Assembly (NCBI GenBank): GCA_051294375.1
Contig: CM119269.1
Span: forward strand, 12,494,790 to 12,558,789
Length of the DNA: 64,000 nt
From: Paraspadella gotoi
Taxonomy: Eukaryota > Animalia > Chaetognatha
Reading direction: 5' to 3'
Part shown: one piece after another, positions 1 through 10,200 of the stretch
Layout of the letters: each line of letters begins with the position of its first letter
Position numbering within the stretch: position 1 is the first letter of the stretch
The notes under the pieces: generated by a model
Databases searched by the model: none
Seen by the model: the letters and a program-made list of their open reading frames with translations, nothing else
Told to the model about the DNA's origin: nothing
Program-made: the position numbers and the translations under genes

Positions 1-178
1 CTAATTTCGGTAACATCCTGTTTAAAATTTTCAAGTTTTAAGGGAAAAAAAATTTCAGCCGCATTTTGGTTTTAGTCTTTTAGTATTTTATGCCATTTTT
101 CGCGCCATAACATCGAACTTGCGAATTTACAGTGATAGATATCGTTTATTTATCTTCGAGTTGATAAAGTAATAAAAA

Positions 179-1092
179 ATGGGAGAGAAAAAAGGACTTC
201 AAGCTGTGCAGGTTTTCGGGCGGAAGAAGACGGCAACCGCCGTCGCTCACTGCAAGAGAGGAAACGGGCTCTTGAAGGTAAGTCGCGATTATCTTTTGCG
301 CGACTTTTGACTTGTAATTAAAAATATTAATACGTTTATTGATTAAAAAGGTTAATGGTCGACCTCTTCATCTCGTCGAACCCACAACTTTGAGATCCAA
401 ACTCGAAGAACCCGTCTTGTTGCTGGGAAAGGATAGGTAATTGCGTTCGGCTTAGCCAGTTGGATGTATTTTCAATCTTTATTCTCACATTTCATGTCGT
501 TTCAGATTCGCGGCCGTTGACATCAAAGTTCGCGTCAAGGGAGGTGGTCACGTCGCCCAGGTTTACGGTAAGTTCTCATTCTACTCGTTCCCTTTCCTTT
601 TCTGGTCAAGGTACCTGGATGATCTCGTTCAAATGATCTTCTCGGCATTTAGACCAGATAAATAAAACCGACCCGAAAACCCTGCTCGGCGGAGATTTTC
701 GTATCGCCGAGTTTCATTTATCGTTAGGGTTACAAATATTTTCTCATATTGACGTAGCATTATTATTATTTAGTCATTAAATAATACTACCTCATTTATA
801 TCTCGCTTTCCCTCACTTCAGCCATCCGCCAGGCGATTTCCAAATCCCTCGTCGCCTATTATCAAAAATACGTGGACGAGGCGTCAAAGAAGGAGATTAA
901 AGACATCCTCATCTCTTATGACCGATCTCTTCTCGTCGCCGACCCGAGGTCACTCCGTCACATCAAATTCTTTTTATTTATTTTTAATCTATTCTAATAT
1001 TTTTTTTATTTTTTTGTTCTTTTAGGCGAAACGAACCGAAGAAATTCGGTGGTCCCGGCGCTCGCGCTCGTTACCAAAAGTCCTACCGTTAA
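179..1092 (+). CDS. RPS16: 40S ribosomal protein S16 (uS9); exons 179-277, 351-436, 506-567, 822-948, 1026-1092
   Basis: Spliced translation [28 protein letters not shown]...[17 protein letters not shown]...[18 protein letters not shown], with GT-AG introns in consistent phase. Confidence 0.98.
601..737 (+). ncRNA. Candidate box H/ACA snoRNA in RPS16 intron 3
   Basis: Hairpin tctggtc(601-607)/gaccaga(652-658), ANANNA hinge at ~656-665, second hairpin gctcggcg/cgccgagt, and ACA at 732-734. It lies in the only enlarged RPS16 intron. Confidence 0.7.
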
Positions 1093-1622
1093 CTCTTTCA
1101 TTTTTGTTTAGTTGCTACTTCATTTCCCAAGTTTGACCCTTTTGACGAATTTACATTGAAACGTTCTTCCGTTTTTCATCTAGAACCTTTCATTTTCTTC
1201 CAATAACCTCAGATACCCCAATCCCAAATTTTCTGGATTTAAAAACTGGACAAATTGCCAGAAATCCTAAGTCACCGACTCGCTTTAGATTAAATTGGGA
1301 GAAAGAAACTTGTTTCGCTCGAATATTTCTCTCTCCTGCTAAAAATGTTTGAAAAGTATTAGATTCCATTGATAGCATTGTTTAGAATACTTTCCTCTTG
1401 ATCATTGTTCCATTTTGTATCCTTTTATAATTCAATATAGTTTTAAAGAGAACACCCGAGCGATTCCACCAATTGGCGTTTTGTTCCTCATCGAGCGAAT
1501 CGGAGTCCGTAACTCATTTAAAACCCCGCCGCTCTTTGATTTTACTACTACAAAGGTTCGCAAAGACTTCATAGTATTTTTCTAAAATGATATTTGTTAA
1601 TAAGTTAATCTTTTTAGACAAG

Positions 1623-3121
1623 ATGTCCGGTGGCCTCGAAGTTCTCGCGTTGAAGGAGGAGGACGTGGTCAAGTTCCTGGCTTGCTCCGCTCACCTGGGA
1701 GCCAACCAGAGCGACTTTCAGGTAAGTTCATTCATTTCTCATTTAATATATTGGTTTTAAAATGCTATGTTTCTTTTTAACGTAGATGGAACAGTATTGT
1801 TACAAACGAAAAGCGGACGGACAATACATCATCAACCTGAAGAAGCTTTGGGAGAAGCTGCTTCTTGCTGCCAGAGCGATTGCTGCCATTGAAAATCCCG
1901 GTGAGAAATTTACAAATACCATTAATCCCTAGCTCATTGTTTTGCTCGGTGCATTCGGACTTTTCCACCGTTTCTTTTTAGCTGACGTCTGCGTCATCTC
2001 GTCTCGCCCTTACGCTCAGCGCGCCATCCTTAAATTCGCCGCGGCCACTGGTGCCACGGCGATCGCCGGTCGCTACACTCCTGGCACTTTTACTAATCAA
2101 ATTCAAAAGGCGTTTAAGGAGCCTCGCCTCCTTGTGGTCAGTAGGATTTGGTACAAATTTATTAAAACCAGAATGGGTCTTAACACCAACTTTTTCCTCG
2201 ATCAGGTGACTGACCCCCGCGCGGATCATCAGCCCATCACCGAAGCCTCCTACGTCAACATCCCCGTGGTGGCCTTTTGCAACACTGACTCGCCGATGAA
2301 GTTTATCGACATCGCGATTCCCTGCAACACAAAGGTAAATGACGAAGATTCTGGCCGCCATTTTGTAGTTTAGGTCTTGATCTATTATTTTATTAACCTC
2401 ACTCTTCTTTTTTAGTCCATCTACTCAGTGGGCCTGATGTGGTGGATCCTCGCCCGTGAGGTGCTCCGTCTCCGCGGTACCATCTCTCGCGAAGTCCCGT
2501 GGGACGTGATGCCCGATCTCTACTTCTACCGCGACCCGGAGGAGGCGGAGAAGGAAGAGCAGGAGAAGGCCAAGGAGGCTGCGCCCGTCGCGCCTCAACG
2601 TTAGTTGTTATTTGGAGATTTTCTATGCCTTTTTTCTTTCTATTAATTATTTGTCTCTCTCGCAGCCGAGGAATGGAATCTGGCTGAACCGGCGCCGCCA
2701 CCGGTCGACGACTGGGCCGCCGAGGCGGGTCAGGCCGCCATTGCTCAGACTATGCCACCGGCCCCGGTCCCGGCTCAACCCGCCGTGCAGGTGTGAAGAC
2801 ATTCTTTTAAACTTGCAATTACATCTAAGTGGTAGATCTATAAAATGCATGATGGTTTCAAGCTCAACAGGTGCCCTTAATGTAATGGATGGGGCAAAAT
2901 CTTAAAACTGAATTATGAATGGTGCAGCAAGTGCAAGTAGTCAATTCTTATGACTTCATTTAAACCTTTCTCTTTTTTTGTAGCAAATCAACCCGGAAAT
3001 TCCGCCTGCACCACCGATGGTCGTCGACGAATGGGGTGCCCAGCCGACTCAAGATTGGGCCACCGATGTCCCCAAGGGAATGTCAGAATGGGGCGGTGGC
3101 TCCACCGAGACCTGGGGTTAA
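1623..3121 (+). CDS. RPSA: 40S ribosomal protein SA (uS2); exons 1623-1721, 1786-1900, 1982-2136, 2206-2334, 2417-2599, 2666-2790, 2984-3121
   Basis: [26 protein letters not shown]...[14 protein letters not shown]...[16 protein letters not shown]...[11 protein letters not shown], followed by the metazoan-type acidic D/E-W repeat tail. Confidence 0.98.
2845..2915 (+). ncRNA. Candidate snoRNA-like RNA with 28S antisense element (RPSA last intron)
   Basis: C-like ATGATGG at 2849, TCAAGCTCAACAGG (2858-2871) complementary to conserved LSU CCUGUUGAGCUUGA, CTGA at 2908-2911, and outer stem acttgca/tgcaagt. Confidence 0.6.
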
Positions 3122-3314
3122 AATGCGAAGGACTTCTAGCTTCGCCAGAATTGCCAGTCGCTATTAGCCAGTGGCTATCGTCCTTCTCTAGATTGTTTCA
3201 TTCAGAATTAAAATTTAGTTTGCGAAAAAAAAAAAAGATTGAGCAACTACAAGATTTAATTGAATTGTTCTTTCCCTTCGAAGCAGATTCAATTAAATAA
3301 ACTAAGGCGTTACG

Positions 3315-3951
<637 letters not shown>

Positions 3952-4129
3952 GGAAACGTATGTCGATTTAATTTAATTTAACTTTAATGTTAGGATTTTT
4001 TTCCCAATCTAATGTAAGAATTTTTTTCCCCGCAGTTCTCCTCATGGATTCTTGTTACAGCACGGACGGTTCACTTAGTTTTTTACTCGGTGAGTCAATG
4101 TCGTAAATAATTAACATTTTAATTAACTT

Positions 4130-4198
4130 AAAATGATGTTTAAACGATAGGAATTGCCGTCGTAACAGCTATTGACGATACAGCTTCTTTTCTGATAA
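4130..4198 (+). ncRNA. Box C/D snoRNA candidate, possibly SNORD65/snR77-like
   Basis: C-like ATGATGT 4133, C' TGACGA 4173, D CTGA 4192. GGAATTGCCG (4150-4159) can pair with 18S CGGUAAUUCC with one G-U. Confidence 0.55.
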
Positions 4199-4490
4199 CC
4201 TTTTCTCGTTTCTTATTAATATCCTAATTATTCTTTATATTTACAAGAGAAATGACTTATTTTAGGCGACCAGTTTCATTGGGCTTCGCATATTGTTTTA
4301 CGACGGGAAGTCTCAGGTAACTGTATATATTACTTGATTTATAATTACATTTTAATTCGTTTGTTCGTTAATTTTTGTGAATTTGGTTTTCTTTTCAGTT
4401 TTCTCGAGGCGAAGGTTCACCGTTAGGATATTGCTTAAAGAATAAGTTGAAGGTAAATTTCTTCATATCGATATTTTTTGATTTTCCGAA

Positions 4491-4558
4491 CTCCTGATGA
4501 TTTTAACGCGGGAATCTCTCTGAAGAATTCTTTTGAAGATTATTGGCGTAACTGACCA
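4491..4558 (+). ncRNA. Box C/D snoRNA, SNORD79 (U79)-like
   Basis: TGATGATTTTAA...GGGAATCTCTCTGA...TGAAGATTA...AACTGA matches my recollection of U79 organisation. The guide pairs with 28S GAGAUUCCC. Confidence 0.85.
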
Positions 4559-5166
4559 CCTATACATTTGGTGAAATAACCTTTTTGTGACTTTATTAGT
4601 CTTTTTATTCATAGTTGCTTTTTTTTAGGCGACGGCGGAATTTTTCGGCTCGTGTTGACTCGGGAGAAAGGTTCTCAATTGGAGGACTTGAAGCCATGAT
4701 CCGTCCTTTTAACTTTATCAATATTTGTTTTTGAACTTGGCTTTTCTTTTTGATGACCTCAAGAATTAGTATTATTAAAGTGTTAATTTCGCCCTCTTGT
4801 TACCGCATATAATGTTTTTGCAATAAATGTCATTTATTTAAAGCCATGTTTTTATATGGCATATAAACCATGAGACTGGAGATAGCCAATTATTTTAGCG
4901 ACGACTATAACTAAAAATAGATTCAACTTGAGTTAATCAAATGCTACTCTTTTTATCTCGATCTGCAAATATGATTATCGGTCTTAATTTTTTAAACCTA
5001 AACTTGTTCAAATAATTCTGGTGACGTTGTCACTAAGTTAGGATAGACTGAGCTGAAGCTGCCCATCAGTTTACTAAATCTGTTCATAGATGGAAAAGGT
5101 ACTCAAAGATGGAACAACTTCCTATTTCAAAATGCAAAAAAATACCTGATGTGGAATATAAACCCT

Positions 5167-5398
5167 TGAAGAGACAGTAATGATTATTGTGTTAATAACA
5201 GAACCGTTCAAAATAAGCAGTCCCTGAGCTTCGGATCAGGCTGTAACACCGAGTTACAGGCGGGTTAAGCGCCCCGTCCCTCTTAACTGCTAGGCGGCCA
5301 CCGGGCTAGAACCCCGGACCTTTGGGTTGGGAGGCGAATGACTTGCCTCCGGCACCAATGGCCGCTGATGAACGGTAGGTGTATTTTAGTCCACCATA
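5167..5398 (-). mobile_element. tRNA-derived SINE family A, copy 1
   Basis: The minus strand has acceptor stem gcggcca/tggccgc, A-box, T-arm ccggg-gttctag-cccgg and an unpaired anticodon arm. A closely similar copy lies at 37240-37473. Confidence 0.8.
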
Positions 5399-5967
5399 CC
5401 CTTTTATTTTTAAGAAACAAATCCAAGGCGTGAAATAAGATCCACTCTTGGTTGGTTCTCGTTTCAAAATTTAATGGAAAGAACGTTCATTTTTCAACTG
5501 ATTTTTCTCACTAAAGTGAAAATATTTCACGTTTCGCCTCAATGACAGTCGGATATTTGTCGACTTCGATCTTTGCCTAATGGAATAGTTTTGAGATTAA
5601 AAACAGCGAATGTTTACTAGGACTTTCGTTTACTTAAATATTTTATTAAACATTTTATAATTTTGTGCTTATAAGTTGAACAAATTTGGTCATATACTTC
5701 GAAAAAAGGCATATTATTAAACTTTTTAAAAAATGGGTGACCAATTTTTTTATTATCCGAGTATATAACTAAGCTTTGATACACCTTAAGTCCTTTAGTT
5801 AGTTTGTACTGAGAACTTCAAATATGGAGTCATAATCTGGCCAAGTCTTATATTTCTATTTAGTTTTATTTTTTTATTTCATTATTTTGTTGGAGATAAG
5901 GCTCTTTTCAGCCTACTCGGTTTTCAATCTGTAAATAAAAAGTAATTTACTTTTCAAGCACAATAGT

Positions 5968-6340
5968 ATGTGGATAAGGCGCTAAGTGGGGCTGAAGTGC
6001 TATCCGCAACTTCTTTAACCCCCTCTAGAAGCCATGGAACGGGTCCTGGTCTTGGAACCAGGCTTGAGGGTTTTCCACGCCCCCAAGGCGGCTTATGGCC
6101 GTCCTCACGCTTCCCGCAGGGTAGGTACCGGGTTGGGATTGAACCCAGTACCTAGTGGTCATGAGCTGATGGCTTTACTCAATGAGCCTGTTAGATGGTG
6201 ATTGTTCTATAAATGTCACATCGGTAAGTTCTGAGTCTTTGAAGGATCCTCTTCACGATTCCGTCTCCAACAAGCCACCGATTCACGACTGAAGGTGTCA
6301 TGCTTATAAGCGGGGTGAACTTATGCAATGCCCGACTACA
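5968..6340 (-). mobile_element. tRNA(Met)-like SINE family B, copy 1, interrupted by an 84-bp insert
   Basis: Minus strand ggctcattgagtaaagc...ctCATga...ggttcaatccc. Other copies at 29295-29552 and a truncated one at 11931-12045. Confidence 0.8.
6189..6272. mobile_element. 84-bp TG...CA solo-LTR-like insertion with 4-bp TSD (agcc)
   Basis: Absent from the 29.4-kb SINE copy. Ends are tgttagatgg / ccgtctccaaca, with agcc at 6185-6188 and 6273-6276. Confidence 0.75.
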
Positions 6341-6442
6341 TATATATACGAATGGTTTGAAGATTAAAGAATTTACTGCAATATAAAATTCGAGTTTTAA
6401 GGCCTTAATCCTTACAATAATAGAATGGCCAGAGATGGCATA

Positions 6443-6969
6443 CAGAAGGCTTCATATTATTAAATGAGGTACCCCTTTTTTGTGACCAGAATCTGTTCCC
6501 ACCAAACTACCCGATCGAATTTAATAGAATTTTACATTTAGTGCTAATGACTATATAAATGGAACTATCGAGGCGAATTTTGATATTCACCCCCTGACAA
6601 GAGATACGGGGCAATGGGGGTAGACCCCTGGGGGGCCAAAAAATTTTTAGTAGCATCAGGTGCATTGACGTTTTAAACATATGAAAAAAACATTTTAGAA
6701 CTAAAATTGATAAATTTTCAATAATTAAGCAAAATAATAAAATAATTTGAAAAAAAATTTTGACCATTATTTGTCCAATGGGTGACCTCCCCCGGGGGGC
6801 CCATATCTCGGCTCGGCGGTCAAATATTGAAATTCGCCTCGATAGTTCTATTAGTATTCACATAGGGATTGTTCATACCAAATTTCAATAAATTTAGTCC
6901 AAAAGTTTTCTCAGAACGAGTTCTGGTCACAAAAAAGGGGTACCTCATTTTATAATATGAAGCCTTCTG
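6443..6969. mobile_element. Tc1/mariner-type MITE
   Basis: ~55-bp TIRs CAGAAGGCTTCATATTAT.../...ATAATATGAAGCCTTCTG, TA on both sides, and an inner inverted pair at 6562/6849. Confidence 0.9.
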
Positions 6970-7244
6970 TAATTAAGATTGCTTTGTTTCACCGATATAA
7001 CATATTTCTGAAGTAAACTCTCCCAATTCCGGGGCAATAATAACATTGGTTGTACCATTTTAATCGTAATATGATTCTCAACATTGATTTTGCTTCTTCA
7101 TGACGGCGCCGTTTCGAGGACTCGATCACTGTGCGCCGGTTAATCGCGCTCCTTTATAAGGTAAGGTCTCGATAGTCCAACCCAGTTTCCACGTAATCTT
7201 ACCCGAAATTTCGATCAAAAATTCTTCACCAAAAATCCGTGACG

Positions 7245-10200
7245 ATGAAGATCGTTTTGGTCGCGTCTCTGGTCCTCTGCGCCGTCGCCTTCAACGACGC
7301 CAGACCCGGTGATCAAAATTTGACAGTTGTAGGCTATAATACATATAACTTTGACGCTCAGTATATATAATATATATATAATATATATATATAATATATA
7401 TATAATATTATATATATAACGTATTTCTCTCTCATTAATAGTCATGGATATTGCTGGTGATTTGTTGAAAGGATGACACGTACTATTAATAAGATAATTG
7501 TCTTCAGCGTTTTGGCAAGTCAAAATAATCGTTTAAATATTTCAGATGGCAAGTTGGCTCATCCGCGTCATTGCTTTTGGCTGGAAGGGTTTTACGTTTG
7601 GAGGTAACGTTTCTTTGATATGCATTAGCTTTTTTAAGTTTTACTAGGATAAGAATCGAATCAATTTGTTTTCAATCGATCTCCCATGATGGAAAAAAAA
7701 ATTGTCGCGGTTACTTTCCAGCTATTTTTCGGCATTTTAATATTATAAGAATCGAAAAATAAAATTTAGATATCAAGAAACTTTGGCCTCTTGTGATTCA
7801 TATGAGCTGTCTCATTTATGTACGACAAAAAATACAAAAGAAAATGAGTGGTCCAAAAAAATGCTTTTCTTTTTTATATCTATACTTTTTATTTATATTA
7901 ATTTCTAGTTTTTTGTATTACTTTTTGAGTTAAACTGTTACTATTAAAAATTCCTGCCTTTTTTCAGTTTTATGTAAAATGCTTATTGCATCATTTTTAT
8001 TAGGATAGATTCAGGGATGAATCTTAATTCATATGTCTAGAAAAGAGTATTAAAAATACATTGATGCTGTAAATGCTCCAGAATATTCTTTTTATATTAT
8101 AAAGTATTAATAAAAGTTATAAGGTTCCTGGTAACCTTTCTATGAGCAAAGTTATCATTTTTACTTCTGAATGTAATATCAGAACCAAATAAACAAATCT
8201 AAAAAAAAATCAAAGGTTTTGTTGAAATGAAAGACAATGCATCATCACATTATGCAGCAACAATTCAAGCCTGGTTTACTTTATAAAGGATCAATCTTTT
8301 TTACTACTTGCCAAGGACCATTTTTTTCCCTAAATCTGATAAAAAATATCATGTTAAAGATATAATATTAATAATTATGCAAGTAGTCCTCTTGATCAAA
8401 AAGAGGTGAAAAAAAGTTAGAGACAACCTCTTTTGGAAGTATTTGTATGCATTAAATAATTTTATGCTGTTGAGAAATAATCTTTTTTAGTCCTAGGGAG
8501 GTTACGTTACATATTGAAACCTATTTACCGGCCGTAAAATATATTTGACAATGAAATTTACCCACTTTTCCAAACCGCGAAAAAATTTTTTTCTATCATG
8601 GTACATTGTACCATTGGTACAATGTATGTTAGGCCTCATTTTTCCCATTTTTCGGAATTAAATTAATTTTTAAGTTTAAATATTAAGTTATTGGAAGACG
8701 TTTTTAATGTTTATTTTTAACAATTTTTTAACGCTGAAGAAGGCTTGTATGTAAGCCGAAACATGTACGTTTTTTAAAAATAAATTCGTTGTAGAAAAAC
8801 ATTAAAAACGTCTTCCAATACGCAACCACAACGAAAAGAAAGGAAATTCACGATGTCTAATATTAAGTTAGTGCTAGTGCGGAGTACAATAAGTATTCCC
8901 CGGATCTAATACTTAAGGGAGTGGTCTTTTCATACAATTGAAACATTCTTTGAAATATTTTCCACTTCATTGATAGGGAAGCCAGGTACTCTGGGAGTGA
9001 ATAAACGGGACTGTGAAAGAGTCTTGATTGAAAGCTTGCAGGGGACCTGCTATGTCATTATCTGTAAGAGTGATGGAGGCCTTAAACCACCAAAGCCTGT
9101 CCAAAGTCAGGGGCAAGATAGCTTAATTTATTAAATTAAATGGATAATTTTTATATTGGTTGTACCAATTTCATTACGTTAAAAGTTAATAATATTAAGG
9201 ATTAGGTTAATAATTACTGATTATTAATCAGGGTTAAGGATTTAAATAGAAGATTATGATTAAGGATTTAATATTAAGATTAAATAAATAAATTTGATAA
9301 TAAATTATTAATAAATATCAAAATTAAGAAATTGGGCGCTTTTGGAAAAAAAAAGCCCAGTTGGGCCCAATGTCTTTATTTCTATATAACTTGTCGGAGT
9401 TCCCTCCTCATCCATTTACCAGAGACTACATTACTTCGGAGGCATCCCTGATTGCTTCCGCTGACGAGGCAACAGTCAAAAAACTTACCTTCGACAGAAT
9501 CGAGATGACACAGACTTACTACCGCGCCGTCGCCGGTTGGCTCAAATCATTGGAGCGGAATGATGGGAGTAAGTTCGGTCGAGACTTAATAATAGGTCGG
9601 AATAAATGTAATTATCAGCAAATAAAATTATTTTTCGGTCGTTTTGTCGGTTGGACTTTCTTACATTTTAAATGCTTATAATTTAAGTAATAATACATAT
9701 ATCGTTATAGGTAGTGAAATACCCAACGTACATCTTTAATGTTGAACAGTCGTCTGTTGATATGCGTAACGATATTAGTATCTGAGCCAAAAGGCCGCAA
9801 TAGGCGTGCCCAAGGCCGTATTCTCATTCATTCATTTATCCAATTGGGTAACTTTACTATTCGACATCCGCAACCAACCTTAGCTACTACCGGTCGGTGG
9901 TTAGTTAATCCATTTAAATTTCCCGTTGAATTTTAGTTTGCTCAGTAATATAAATTTTTTTAATTTTTTTATATTTCGTTAAAAATATATTTTTATATAT
10001 TTCGTATTTGTTTTTAAAAATTGTTTAAAATAAAATAAAATAAATTTAAAACAGTTAAAAATTGGGTTAAGGGTGGATACTGGATAGGGATTAGGGGTAG
10101 TTAATTTTTATGGGTAGTTAAGTTTTAAAAAAGTTTTTGAAATAAAATTTGTAATGGTTTTTTTACAACGTTCATAAAAAGAGAAAAACAAATAACCGAC

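Larger units (their letters stand above)
3958..4826 (+). other. Spliced non-coding 3' extension or snoRNA host downstream of RPL38 (introns ~3958-4034, 4090-4265, 4317-4399, 4453-4628)
   Basis: GT donor 6 nt after the stop, pyrimidine-AG acceptors, ~50-nt exons with no recognisable ORF, and AATAAA at 4821. Confidence 0.7.

Noticed and set aside
4044-4445. 47-aa spliced ORF downstream of RPL38 as a fourth protein gene
   Set aside because: No recognisable homology and a stop before the last intron, which fits a non-coding host better.
5285-5365. Functional tRNA-Gly(CCC), and tRNA-Met near 6135-6190 and 29435-29495
   Set aside because: Anticodon or acceptor arms do not pair, and each is fused to a shared repeat body, so these are SINE heads.
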